DNA of 64,000 nt, taken from the NCBI GenBank assembly GCA_963815095.1, contig CAWFFH010000003.1, positions 1,024,001-1,088,000 on the forward strand. The letters are read 5' to 3'. Positions 10,171 through 20,492 of the stretch are shown in pieces. Positions within the stretch are counted from its first letter, which is position 1, and every line of letters begins with the position of its first letter. The DNA comes from Candidatus Bathyarchaeota archaeon. Its GTDB lineage: Archaea > Thermoproteota > Bathyarchaeia > Bathyarchaeales > Bathycorpusculaceae. Made by a program: the position numbers and the translations under genes. Under the pieces are notes generated by a model. That model was not told where the DNA came from and ran no database searches. It saw only the letters and a list, made by a program, of their open reading frames with translations.

Positions 10171-12819
10171 ATGGGAAATCTTAAAGGGTTTTTCAGTCCC
10201 CAAGCAATTGCTGTTATTGGGGCAAGTGAGCGGGCTGATTCCTTAGGAACCCGAATACTTCGCAACTTAATCGGGACATATCAGGGAAAGATTTTTCCAG
10301 TCAATCCTTTTAGGCAAACCGTCCAAGGACTGGGTGCTTATCCCAGTATAGACCGTGTACCATCAAAAGTAGACCTTGCAATCATTGCAACTCCAGCCCA
10401 CACCGTTCCCCAACTTATTGAGGAATGCGCCAAAACAGGCGTATTAAATGCGGTTATTGTTTCCGCTGGTTTTGATGAATGCAGCGCAAACGGTCGGGAA
10501 CTTACACGCAGAATTTTAGATTGTAAACGCACCTATGGCATGAGGATTATAGGACCAAACAGCTTTGGCATTATACGGCCAAATTCAAATCTTTACGCCA
10601 CCTTTGCAGAAAAGAAAGCATGTCCCGGAAAAATTGCTTTCATATCCCAGAGCGGAGCTTTTTGTGGTTCAGCGTTAGATTGGTCTTTGGAGACTCAAGT
10701 TGGACTCAGCGCCGTTGTCTCAACTGGCTCAACGATTGATATTGACTCGAGTGACTTAATCGAATATTTTGGAAATGACCCTCAAACACGAATAATAATG
10801 CTTTATGTTGAGTCGATAAAGAATGCAAGAAACTTCATGAGTGCTGCAAGGGGCTATGCAAAAACAAAACCCATAATCATTGTAAAACCCAACGGAACAA
10901 ATGAAAATCGGCAACCTGCACTCTCGGACACGAGTCAACTAAACGAAGCCCTCCACGATGCAGCATTTCGAAGATGCGGCATAGTTAGGGTTGAAACGAT
11001 TAACGGTCTTTTTGACTGCGCCAAAACTCTATCAATGCAGTCAAGCCCAACTATACCCCACTTAACCATAATAACAAATGCAAGTGGCCCAGCTTTGATG
11101 GCTTTAGACCAGATAAACAGGCGCGGCGGCAAACTCGCAGAAATAAACGATTCAACTTCCCAAGCTCTGAGGAGCATTTTACCCTACTACTGCGTTTTAA
11201 CAAATCCAATCGATCTTTTAGAGGAGGCTCCACCTGAAAGATACCAAAAAGTAATACAGACCTGCATAGGCGATAATTCAAACAGTAGTCTGCTTGTAAT
11301 TTATGCCCCAACAGGCATAACCGACCCACTCAGCTTAGCCAATATTGTCATAAATTCTGCCAAACAAACACGAAAGAATGTCTTTGTTTGCCTCATGGGT
11401 GAAGACCCCAAATGCCAAGAAGCAAGAAGGACTCTGCATAAAAACGGTGTTCCAGCCTTCCGAACCCCTCAAGAAGCCGTCAGAACATTCATGAACATTT
11501 ACGCCCGCACACAAAACTTAGAATTGCTCTATCAAACTCCTGAAGAAATTCTCGTAGACCCGACCTCACCGACCCATCTTAAAGGGATTTTGAGGCATGC
11601 ATTCAGAGAGGGCAGAGAGACTCTGAACTTAACTGAATCTTTCCAGTTCTTGGAAGCCTACAAGATACCTGCCATAAAAACGTTAATCGCTAAAACCGCT
11701 GAAGAATCAGCAGCTTTCGCATCTCAACTTGGTTACCCAGTAGTTGTGAAAAATCTAAATTCACAGTATAGGGTTAAAAGCGAAACTCAAAGTCTTGTCT
11801 ACGATGTTTTTTCTCCTGCGCAACTCAATTTTCACTTTAAACAGTTATTCGATGAGACTGAGAAATCTATGGAGATTCAAGGAGTTGCAATCCAACCAAA
11901 AATTCTGCAAGCTCCATGCAGGTTGTTTTTAGGATCAAGAAAAGACCCTCAGTTTGGTTCAATCATATGTTTGGGAACGGGAGGCGCTTTAATCGAAAAA
12001 GACAGGGAGCTAAGCGTTGGTTTCCCGCCGCTAAATCAGATTCTTGCTCGCCAAATTATGGAAAACACCAAAGCCCTGAAGTACTGCAAAGACGCATGCG
12101 CCACTCAGCTTGAAACCGGACCAATTGAAGAAATCATGATTAAGTTTTCTCAGCTTGTCGTTGATTTTCCTGAGATACGAAAAATTGACATAAACCCCAT
12201 AATCATTAAGGAAGGCAAAGCAGTCGTAGTTGATGCGCAAATCGCCTTAGATTTACAAAGTTTTTTACGCCCAGGAGCCGAACACCCAGAGAACCTTGTT
12301 ATTGCACCCTACCCCAAAAAATACATTACAAAGCGCACCCTAAAAAACGACGTGAAAGTGACTCTTCGACCAATAAAGCCTGAAGACGAAAACCGCTTCA
12401 ATGCACTCTTCAAATCCTTATCCTTGCAAAGTGTACGATTCAGATTCTTTGAGACCATAAAAGAGATGTCGCATGATACTTTATCTAGGTACTGCAATCT
12501 TGATTATGACCGAGAAATCGCAATAGTCGCCGAGCTCGATGATCGAAGTCTCATTGGAGTTGTGAGGTTGATTTTTGATGCGGAAAGAAAAAATGGTGAA
12601 TTCGCTGTTATGGTTAGCGATTCTTGGCATGGGTTAGGGTTGGGTTCAAAACTTGTGGACTATGTCTTAGATATTGGGAAGGACCTGAAATTAGAATCGA
12701 TTTATAGTGATGTTAGTCCTGAAAATACAAAGATGCTTAATTTATGTGGTAACAAAGGCTTCACGGCTAAATCGGAAGATGAATATTCGATTTTTATGTC
12801 TTTGAATTTGGAGCCTTAG
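10171..12819 (+). CDS. Pat/PatZ(YfiQ)-type protein acetyltransferase: NDP-forming acyl-CoA synthetase-like domains plus C-terminal GNAT
   Basis: IAVIGAS, GPNS, SQSG, NPIDL, ATP-grasp DINP, GNAT HGLGLGSKL. Confidence 0.85.
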   Translation: MGNLKGFFSPQAIAVIGASERADSLGTRILRNLIGTYQGKIFPVNPFRQTVQGLGAYPSIDRVPSKVDLAIIATPAHTVPQLIEECAKTGVLNAVIVSAGFDECSANGRELTRRILDCKRTYGMRIIGPNSFGIIRPNSNLYATFAEKKACPGKIAFISQSGAFCGSALDWSLETQVGLSAVVSTGSTIDIDSSDLIEYFGNDPQTRIIMLYVESIKNARNFMSAARGYAKTKPIIIVKPNGTNENRQPALSDTSQLNEALHDAAFRRCGIVRVETINGLFDCAKTLSMQSSPTIPHLTIITNASGPALMALDQINRRGGKLAEINDSTSQALRSILPYYCVLTNPIDLLEEAPPERYQKVIQTCIGDNSNSSLLVIYAPTGITDPLSLANIVINSAKQTRKNVFVCLMGEDPKCQEARRTLHKNGVPAFRTPQEAVRTFMNIYARTQNLELLYQTPEEILVDPTSPTHLKGILRHAFREGRETLNLTESFQFLEAYKIPAIKTLIAKTAEESAAFASQLGYPVVVKNLNSQYRVKSETQSLVYDVFSPAQLNFHFKQLFDETEKSMEIQGVAIQPKILQAPCRLFLGSRKDPQFGSIICLGTGGALIEKDRELSVGFPPLNQILARQIMENTKALKYCKDACATQLETGPIEEIMIKFSQLVVDFPEIRKIDINPIIIKEGKAVVVDAQIALDLQSFLRPGAEHPENLVIAPYPKKYITKRTLKNDVKVTLRPIKPEDENRFNALFKSLSLQSVRFRFFETIKEMSHDTLSRYCNLDYDREIAIVAELDDRSLIGVVRLIFDAERKNGEFAVMVSDSWHGLGLGSKLVDYVLDIGKDLKLESIYSDVSPENTKMLNLCGNKGFTAKSEDEYSIFMSLNLEP

Positions 12820-13133
12820 ATGTTCAGGTCGTTTAGGAACTTCCAAAAATCCTCGATGCAGCTGATAATTCTTAATTCTAGGAAGCGAGCTTCAAAATTG
12901 CCTTTTTCGTCGATGGGGTCTTTAAAGAAACCAACAGTGTGGGGATATCCATTCTCAAACATTGGGCTATCCACTACATCGGCCAAAACTGCGTTGGGGT
13001 TGCTCCGCTTAGTTCTTTTATCGATAAAGTGCACGGCATAGAATAGGTATTTTCTTCCTTCATTTCTCGCGGCTGGAAAACTAATTAACCAATCCATTTC
13101 TTGGAAATAAAATTTTTTAGATCTTGTTTCCAT
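12816..13133 (-). CDS. Hypothetical protein
   Basis: 105-aa ORF with ATG start, convergent with and overlapping the Pat stop. Confidence 0.6.
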   Translation of the reverse strand: METRSKKFYFQEMDWLISFPAARNEGRKYLFYAVHFIDKRTKRSNPNAVLADVVDSPMFENGYPHTVGFFKDPIDEKGNFEARFLELRIISCIEDFWKFLNDLNI

Positions 13134-13212
13134 AGAACCTTATCTCTGATTACTTTGTTAGCACGCAATAATTAATTAATCTTAACAAAAATGGAAAAGG
13201 TTGGGTGGAGGT

Positions 13213-14622
13213 TTAGTTTTTGTCTAACTTGAATTCTTCATGTATTGCTCGGACGACTGCTACCCCGTCTTTCTCTTTGACGACAAAGGAAATGTTGAGT
13301 TCTGAGCTGCCTTGTGCAATCATGCGGATGTTGATGCCTTTCTGGGCGACGATGGAGAATATCTTTGATGCTACACCAAGAGTGCCTTTCATGTTGGCGC
13401 CCATAACCGCGATGACGGCAACATCGTCTTCCGCTGTTACTTCACTTACTACTCCTCCTCTTTCGAGTAACGCTATTTCGAGGTTGCTGATTGCCCTGCC
13501 TAAGAGTCCACGTTTGATTATCATGGAGATGTTGGCTTCTGAAACTGCGGTAGAAATCATCATGACGTTGATGTTGTTTTTTCCGAGGACATCGAAAACT
13601 TTTGCGTAGCTGCCTGGAGCACCTACCATGCCTGCGCCGTTAACGTTTAGCATAGCGACATCTTTTATCATGGCTACGGCTTTGACTGGTTTTGTTTCGT
13701 TGGCTGTGGGGTCCTTAGTGATCAATGTTCCTGGGTTCTCGGGTTGAGCGGTATTTCGGATTCTAACTGGAATATTCTCTTTTATTACTGGTCCCAATGC
13801 GCGTGGATGCATTGCTTTTGCTCCGAAAATCGCCATTTCCGCCGCTTCCTGATAGCTGAGTTGCGGCAACATTCGGGCGGTTGGCACGATTTTGGGGTCG
13901 GTGGTCATTATCCCGTCAACGTCTGTCCATATCCAGACTTCGTCGACTTGTAGTGCCACACCGAGGATAGTTGCGGTGTAGTCTGAGCCTCCGCGGCCAA
14001 CAGTCGTTATTACCCCGTCTTGGTTGGCAGCGATGAAGCCAGTAACAACTGGAATTGTTCCTTTTTCGAACAAAGGTCCGAGTCTTTCGCGGATAAGGTG
14101 AGTAGTGTAGTTCATCAGGGGGTTGGCTTCGCCAAAATTTGAGTCCGTTACTATGCCTGCTTCTTTGCCAGTGAAGCTTTGGCTTTCAAACTTGTGGTCT
14201 CTTATAGCTCCTGAGACAATGGGTGCAGACAAACGTTCTCCAAAAGATGCAACATAATCTTTGGATTTTGGCGTTAGTTCGCCCACGTAGCATATGCCTG
14301 TTAGGACTTTTTCTAATTCAGAGATTGTTCGCTCGGTTGTTTGGGTTACTTCCTTTTGGATTTGCTTACTTGTGATGGCGGTTGAAATTGCCTCTACATG
14401 TTTTTTGAGGAGTTCTTTTGTGAAGGTTTCAATTTGTTTTTCGTCGCTTTTCTTGGCTTGGCAAGCAACTTCAAGCAAATTGTTGGTGACGCCTGCTAAT
14501 GCAGAAACGACAACGGCAACTTTGTAGTCTTTTTTAGCGTATTGTGTAACTGTTTCGGCTACGTGACGTATGTTTTTGCCCGTGCCTACGCTTGTTCCGC
14601 CGAACTTCATCACTATTTTCAT
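13213..14622 (-). CDS. lysC: Aspartate kinase
   Basis: MKFGGTS, GRGGSDYTA, WTDVDG, two ACT domains. Confidence 0.95.
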   Translation of the reverse strand: MKIVMKFGGTSVGTGKNIRHVAETVTQYAKKDYKVAVVVSALAGVTNNLLEVACQAKKSDEKQIETFTKELLKKHVEAISTAITSKQIQKEVTQTTERTISELEKVLTGICYVGELTPKSKDYVASFGERLSAPIVSGAIRDHKFESQSFTGKEAGIVTDSNFGEANPLMNYTTHLIRERLGPLFEKGTIPVVTGFIAANQDGVITTVGRGGSDYTATILGVALQVDEVWIWTDVDGIMTTDPKIVPTARMLPQLSYQEAAEMAIFGAKAMHPRALGPVIKENIPVRIRNTAQPENPGTLITKDPTANETKPVKAVAMIKDVAMLNVNGAGMVGAPGSYAKVFDVLGKNNINVMMISTAVSEANISMIIKRGLLGRAISNLEIALLERGGVVSEVTAEDDVAVIAVMGANMKGTLGVASKIFSIVAQKGINIRMIAQGSSELNISFVVKEKDGVAVVRAIHEEFKLDKN

Positions 14623-14637
14623 TTTTATCAGCTCTTT

Positions 14638-15666
14638 TTAGTTTAGTAGTTTGGTTGCTAACTTACGTCTTATATCTAAAAGGTCCCTTAAAACTGCACT
14701 GGCAGTTTCGATGCCGCCTGCTCCCCTACCGATGAGGGTTTGTTCTGCTGCGTATTCAGTTGAGAAGGTTATTGCGTTTAGGACGCCGCTGACGCATAAG
14801 GGGTTGGTTAATGGAATTTCTGTAGGCTTAACTGTTGCTTTGTCGCCCTCTATTGAACCGATTAGCTTGATGGTGCTGTTTCTTTTGGCGGCTTCCTGAA
14901 GCTGCTCTAGTGTTACTTCTCGGATGCCTGTTCTGTCAATGTTTTTTAAGGTTATTTTTTTGCCCATAATCCAGTTTGACAGAATAACCACTTTGCAAGC
15001 AGTGTCAAACCCATCAATATCCATGGATGGCTCTCGTTCTGCGTAACCAAGTTTCTGCGCATTTGCTAATGCATCTTGGAAGGTTACGTGGTTTTGGGAC
15101 ATTTCGGTTAGTATGTAGTTGGTTGTGCCGTTTAGTATGCCTCGTATGGCAAGGATTCTGTCTCCTGCGAGGCATCGTTTGGCGAATTCAAGCATGGGGG
15201 TGCCGCCGCCGACTGTGCCGCTGAATCGGAGGTAAACGTTGTTGTATTCGGCAAGTTCTGTAAGTGCAGGCATGGCTAAAGCTAATGGTCCTTTGTTAGT
15301 TGTTACAACATGTTTGCCAGTTTTGAAGGCTTTAGTAATGTGGGAAAGGGCTGGTTCACCATTTTTAATGTTAACAGGAGTAACTTCAACAACCACTTCT
15401 GCTTCAACCGATTCAATAACATCCAAAGCAGATATTCCTGGACGACCGAAATCGGGGTCTTTAGAAATTGGGTAACCACGTTGCTTAATTGCTTCCAGTT
15501 TTTCGGGGCTTAAGCCTCTTGGGTTTATTACGGCGCCGTCTATGTCGGCTATGGCGACGATTTTTGGGTTAAACCCTGTGTCCTTTACGTTTTCTGCGTA
15601 TCTGCGAGCCAGAATTGTGGTTACGCCTTTTCCGACTATGCCGTATCCAACTAAAATAATCCTCAT
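14638..15666 (-). CDS. hom: Homoserine dehydrogenase
   Basis: GYGIVG, NKGPLA, GILNGTTNYIL, GRGAG. Confidence 0.95.
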   Translation of the reverse strand: MRIILVGYGIVGKGVTTILARRYAENVKDTGFNPKIVAIADIDGAVINPRGLSPEKLEAIKQRGYPISKDPDFGRPGISALDVIESVEAEVVVEVTPVNIKNGEPALSHITKAFKTGKHVVTTNKGPLALAMPALTELAEYNNVYLRFSGTVGGGTPMLEFAKRCLAGDRILAIRGILNGTTNYILTEMSQNHVTFQDALANAQKLGYAEREPSMDIDGFDTACKVVILSNWIMGKKITLKNIDRTGIREVTLEQLQEAAKRNSTIKLIGSIEGDKATVKPTEIPLTNPLCVSGVLNAITFSTEYAAEQTLIGRGAGGIETASAVLRDLLDIRRKLATKLLN

Positions 15667-15672
15667 GTCAAA

Positions 15673-16923
15673 TCACCGTGCAAGAATCACTTTTTGTTTT
15701 TTTAGGCCCAATGCCTCTTCGATGGCTGTTATGTCGGCATCAACTTCGATTGGTTTCTCACTCATCTTAACTGCTGTGTCGGGGTCTTTGAGTCCATGAC
15801 CTGTAGTAACGCAGACAACGCGTTCATCCTTGCTAATTAAGCCGCTTTGAACCAGTTTCTTTAATCCTGCGATGGATGAAGCGCTTGCCGGCTCCACAAA
15901 AATGCCCTCAATTCTTGCGAGGATTTTTTGTGCATCCAAGATTTCCTCGTCGGTGACGGTTTCAGCGGTTCCGTGGGATTCGTGGATGGCGTTGACAGCT
16001 TTCTTCCAGCTTACAGGTGCACCAATTCGAATAGCTGTTGCAACTGTTTCTGGGTGCTCAACTGGGATGATTTTGTTGCTGTTAGTTTTAATCATCTGAG
16101 CAATTGGTGCAGAACCTGAGGCTTGTATGCCCGTCATTTTGGGCAGCTTTTTTATGTAGCCAAGTTGGTGGAATTCACTTAGGCCTTTCCAGATAGCGCT
16201 GATGTTTCCAGCGTTGCCAACTGGCACGATTATGCGATCGGGAGCATCATTGTTGAGTTGCTCACAAATTTCGTAGCCCAACGATTTTTGGCCTTCAATA
16301 CGGAACGGGTTAATTGAATTTAACAGGTAGATGTTTTTGTGTTTCTCGGCAAGTTTTAGCACGAATTCTAAGGCTTCATCAAAGTTTCCCTTGACTTGGA
16401 GAACTTTGGCGCCGTGAATCATAGCTTGTGAAAGTTTGCCGTACGCGATTTTGCCTGAGGGAATCAGAACGGTGCATCTTATTCCTGCTCTGGCGGCGTA
16501 AGCGGCGAGGCTTGCGGAGGTGTTGCCTGTGGAAGCGCAGATAACGTGTCGTGCACCTAATTCCACGGCTTTGGTTACGCCAACAGTCATGCCTCTGTCT
16601 TTGAAGCTGCCTGTGGGGTTTTCGCCCTCGTTTTTGACGTAGAGGTTTTTGAGTCCCAATTCTGCGCCTAAACGTTCCGAGCGATGCAGACCTGTCCCGC
16701 CTTCGCTTAGGGTTACTACTTTTGTGGCTTCGTGGATGGGCATGAAGTCGCGGTATCGCCAAACCCAGAGTGGTTTGCTCTTCCAGTCGCTTTCTTTGAG
16801 CTTTTCAGCTAACTCTTTGAAATCAAACTTTATCTCCAAAATGTCTCCGCATTTTTTGCAGAAGTAAACAATCTCATCGATACCATAGGTTGTTTTGCAG
16901 TTTATGCATTCTTGGTGTGACAT
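15673..16923 (-). CDS. thrC: Threonine synthase
   Basis: NPTGSFKDRG PLP lysine, ASTGNT, TGHGLKDP, N-terminal Zn ribbon. Confidence 0.95.
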   Translation of the reverse strand: MSHQECINCKTTYGIDEIVYFCKKCGDILEIKFDFKELAEKLKESDWKSKPLWVWRYRDFMPIHEATKVVTLSEGGTGLHRSERLGAELGLKNLYVKNEGENPTGSFKDRGMTVGVTKAVELGARHVICASTGNTSASLAAYAARAGIRCTVLIPSGKIAYGKLSQAMIHGAKVLQVKGNFDEALEFVLKLAEKHKNIYLLNSINPFRIEGQKSLGYEICEQLNNDAPDRIIVPVGNAGNISAIWKGLSEFHQLGYIKKLPKMTGIQASGSAPIAQMIKTNSNKIIPVEHPETVATAIRIGAPVSWKKAVNAIHESHGTAETVTDEEILDAQKILARIEGIFVEPASASSIAGLKKLVQSGLISKDERVVCVTTGHGLKDPDTAVKMSEKPIEVDADITAIEEALGLKKQKVILAR

Positions 16924-17015
16924 GACTTTGCGTCTCCACGTGGTAAGTGCCTTTTCAGATTAACACAAAATACTGACTGTTACATTATTAATTTATCTGC
17001 TTTCGGACTCTGTTC

Positions 17016-17624
17016 TTAACCCACCAAGTTTGACAAAACCTCGTAGGTTTTGAGGCTGTCTTTCTTCTCGACTACCATGATGGTTTCTGTCCAGCAGGAA
17101 ATGAACTCGATGATGTTCACGTTTTGTTCGGCTAGCAGGGTTGCTAGGAACGCGACAACTCCCGGCGTGGCTTCTAATTCCTCGGGCGAGTGAACAACAA
17201 TCATGGTGCAATTGTCATGCTTTACAAGAGTTGTGATTCGCTCAGGTAAATCACTTCGGTCAAGCAAGTAAACAAATTTACCTAGCAAATCCACTTTCAT
17301 TCCTGTTTGAGCAGGGAGTTCTTTGGCGGTTATCATGACGGATTTTCTGTCATAGACTGCTATGTTGCTGCGTTTTAGGAGTTGGAGAACTTTTTCTTCT
17401 CTTTTCTGCTTGTGTTTTTGTAGTTCCTCTGAATAGCGGCGTAAAGCTGCTTTTATGGCGCTGGTGTCTTCGGTTTTTAGTTCTATTTGGATTTGTCTTG
17501 AGAGTTCGCTGAGGTTGACTATGCCTTTTTCTAGGGCTTCGAGTAGGTAGGGTTTGTTTCGCAGGTGGCTTCGAACGTTTTGGGCTACGGTCATGATGTT
17601 CTCTTTGTGTATCAAATGGGACAT
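17016..17624 (-). CDS. ACT-domain protein with N-terminal helical domain, putative amino acid-responsive regulator
   Basis: GIVNLSELSRQI N-terminus; C-terminal ACT-like PGVVAFLATLLAEQNVNIIE. Confidence 0.7.
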   Translation of the reverse strand: MSHLIHKENIMTVAQNVRSHLRNKPYLLEALEKGIVNLSELSRQIQIELKTEDTSAIKAALRRYSEELQKHKQKREEKVLQLLKRSNIAVYDRKSVMITAKELPAQTGMKVDLLGKFVYLLDRSDLPERITTLVKHDNCTMIVVHSPEELEATPGVVAFLATLLAEQNVNIIEFISCWTETIMVVEKKDSLKTYEVLSNLVG

Positions 17625-17722
17625 TTAAAGCTTGTTAAGTAACAAAAAAGTCACAAGGTTTAAAAATACAGCCCTCAAGGTAAGGGAAACAATTTAAAAC
17701 AAAAAAATGGGGGAGCAAGCAA

Positions 17723-18940
17723 ATAACCGATAAATTTGTACTAGCATACTCAGGCGGATTAGACACATCCGTGTTAATCAAGTACCTCCAAGAAAAATGT
17801 AAAGCACAAGTAATCACAGTAACAGTAGACGTTGGCCAAGGCGAAGACCTCAAGGCAGCTGAAGAAAAAGCAAACAAACTTGGCGTAATCAAACACTTCT
17901 CAATTGACGCCAAAGAAGAATTCGTAAAAGAATATATTTTTCCCGCTATCAAAGCCAACGCTCTCTATGAAGGCAAATATCCAATCAGCACAAGCCTCTC
18001 ACGCCCACTCATAGCTAAGAAAATGGTTGAAATCGCCGAGAAAGAAGGCGCAACAGGTTTAGCTCACGGTTGCACAGGCAGAGGAAATGACCAAGTACGC
18101 TTCGATGTAACCTTGGGCGCACTGGCACCAGAAAAACAGATACTTGCTCCAGTACGTGAATGGGGCTTAACGCGCGAAGAAGAAATCGCTTATGCTAAAA
18201 CCAAAGGCATCCCCGTCTCTGACTCCGCAAAGAAATACAGCATCGACTCAAGCGTTTGGGGACGAGCCATCGAATGCGGCTTGCTCGAAGATGCAAGTCA
18301 GGCACCGCCAGATGACGCTTACGAATGGACCATTGCCCCGGAAAAAGCTCCCGACAAGCCAGAAATTGTCACAATAACATTTGAGGCAGGCGTTCCAGTT
18401 GCAGTTAACGGCAAGAAAATGTCGCCCCTTGCACTCATAGAAGAAGTAAACAGAATCGCAGGGAGAAACGGTGTAGGCCGAATTGACCACATCGAAGACC
18501 GTATAGTTGGTTTAAAATCCAGAGAAGTCTACGAATGTCCAGCCGCAACAGTGATTTTGGAAGCCCACAAAGACCTCGAAAAAATGGTCATGACCCGCCA
18601 CCAGGTCCTCTTCAAACAGCAAATCGATGCAGAGTGGGTATTTTTAGCATATGCTGGATTGTGGGTTGACCCCTTAAAAGACGACTTAGACGCGTTCATC
18701 AATAAATCCCAAGAAAATGTCTCTGGCGAAGTCAAACTTAAACTATACAAAGGCAGCCTTTTAGTTATCGGACGCAGCTCACCAAATTCACTCTACGATA
18801 AGAACCTAGCCAACTACAACATCAAAACAAGCTTCAACCAATCCTACAGCAAAGGCTTCATCGAGCTCTGGGGAATGCAGACAAGAATGTACAACTCGCT
18901 CAAGAAGGCCAGCCAAAAGCCAAAGGCAAAGAAAGCCTAA
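17723..18940 (+). CDS. argG: Argininosuccinate synthase (start uncertain, probably ATA at 17723)
   Basis: VLAYSGGLDTS lies in frame upstream of the first GTG (17771); HGCTGRGNDQVRF, KSREVYE. Confidence 0.95.
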   Translation: MTDKFVLAYSGGLDTSVLIKYLQEKCKAQVITVTVDVGQGEDLKAAEEKANKLGVIKHFSIDAKEEFVKEYIFPAIKANALYEGKYPISTSLSRPLIAKKMVEIAEKEGATGLAHGCTGRGNDQVRFDVTLGALAPEKQILAPVREWGLTREEEIAYAKTKGIPVSDSAKKYSIDSSVWGRAIECGLLEDASQAPPDDAYEWTIAPEKAPDKPEIVTITFEAGVPVAVNGKKMSPLALIEEVNRIAGRNGVGRIDHIEDRIVGLKSREVYECPAATVILEAHKDLEKMVMTRHQVLFKQQIDAEWVFLAYAGLWVDPLKDDLDAFINKSQENVSGEVKLKLYKGSLLVIGRSSPNSLYDKNLANYNIKTSFNQSYSKGFIELWGMQTRMYNSLKKASQKPKAKKA

Positions 18941-18958
18941 TTTTTCTTTAATTCAATA

Positions 18959-20491
18959 TTGGACGGAGGGCAAGGAGAAACGTCAAAGATGCTGCATGGA
19001 GGACGACTGGGTAATGTCAGAGAAGACGTTGCAAAGTTTACGTCCTCACGCAAAGATGATGCGCGCTTAGCCGATGCTGTTTTAGCCATCAACAAAGCCC
19101 ACGTAGTCATGCTTATGGAACAAAAAATTATCCAATGGCAAGACGGCGCAAAAATCCTCTCAGCCCTCCAAAAACAAGACAGCCAAAAACTCGACCCCAA
19201 CGCCGAAGACGTCCACATGGCCGTGGAAGAAGCGGTTTTAGCTGAGACGGGTCCTGAGGTTGGCGGAAACCTGCATATTGCCAAAAGCAGAAACGACCAA
19301 GTTACAACAGCAATCCGCATGGCGCTACGCAAAGAGTTGCTCAGCATTATGCAACAAGTGCTCGAAATGCAGGAAAGCCTCCTGGCAACAGCCAGCAAAC
19401 ACGCTGAAACCGTCATTTTAGCCTACACTCACCTACAACCAGCCCAACCAGTCACCTTCGCCCATTACTTACTCTCTCACGTTGATGGGTTGGGACGTGA
19501 CCTGCAAAGATTACAAAGTGTTTACGAACGAGTTAACCTGTGTCCTCTTGGCGCTGGAGCACTTGCAACCACAAGTTTCCCAATAGACCGAAAAACAACC
19601 GCGGAACTTTTAGGCTTCGATGCAGTGTTGGAGAATTCAATTGACGCGGTCGGCAGCCGAGACTTTATACTCGAAACACAATCGGCACTGACCCTGCTTG
19701 CGGTTAACTTGAGTCGTTTAGCTGAGGACCTGATAATCTGGAGTTCGTCAGAATTCGGCACAGTCGAGTTGCCTGACGAGTTCACATCAACCAGCAGTAT
19801 AATGCCGCAAAAGAAGAACCCTGAAGTTCTCGAAGTTATCCGTGCAAGAGCCAGCTACGCCTTGGGCGATTTTGTGACTTCTGCCGCTGCGCTTAAGAGT
19901 TTGCCTTCAACCTACAATCTTGATTTCCAAGAGATAACGCCGAAGCTTTGGGCATCAACCGACAACCTCTCCGCGTCTTTGAGCATATTTGCAAAACTTA
20001 TCCCCAACTTGAAAGTTACCTCAAACGTTGAAGTCAAAGCTGCCGCGGGCTTTGTGGGCGCAACTGAACTTGCCAACATGCTTGTGCGGAAATATAGTGT
20101 TGCTTTCCGAACATCCCACAAGATAGTCGGCGCCTTAGTCAAGGCGTTGATCGATTCTAAACAGACTTTACTTGATGCAACTCCTGAAATGGTACAGAAA
20201 GTAGCTCAGGAAACTGCAGAAGTCAAATTAACGGTCAAAAAATCAGACATACTTGAATGCACAAATCCCCGCAAACTAATCGAAACCTATAAAGTTCAAG
20301 GCGGTCCCTCACCCGCAGAGGTCGAAAGATCAATCACATCAACAACGAAAACTCTATCACAGACAAAGGCAAACATAACTAAACTCCAAGAAAACCTTAC
20401 AAACGCAGAAAATACCCTCAAATCGACCGTGAAATCCCACTCTCAAACGGATTCTTCCAAAAACGGAAGACTTAAAAATTCAAAGTTATAG
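18959..20491 (+). CDS. argH: Argininosuccinate lyase
   Basis: SRNDQV, YTHLQPAQP, SSIMPQKKNP. Confidence 0.95.
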   Translation: MDGGQGETSKMLHGGRLGNVREDVAKFTSSRKDDARLADAVLAINKAHVVMLMEQKIIQWQDGAKILSALQKQDSQKLDPNAEDVHMAVEEAVLAETGPEVGGNLHIAKSRNDQVTTAIRMALRKELLSIMQQVLEMQESLLATASKHAETVILAYTHLQPAQPVTFAHYLLSHVDGLGRDLQRLQSVYERVNLCPLGAGALATTSFPIDRKTTAELLGFDAVLENSIDAVGSRDFILETQSALTLLAVNLSRLAEDLIIWSSSEFGTVELPDEFTSTSSIMPQKKNPEVLEVIRARASYALGDFVTSAAALKSLPSTYNLDFQEITPKLWASTDNLSASLSIFAKLIPNLKVTSNVEVKAAAGFVGATELANMLVRKYSVAFRTSHKIVGALVKALIDSKQTLLDATPEMVQKVAQETAEVKLTVKKSDILECTNPRKLIETYKVQGGPSPAEVERSITSTTKTLSQTKANITKLQENLTNAENTLKSTVKSHSQTDSSKNGRLKNSKL

Positions 20492-20492
20492 G

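Noticed and set aside
16924-17015. Thr leader peptide upstream of thrC
   Set aside because: No Thr/Ile-rich uORF found
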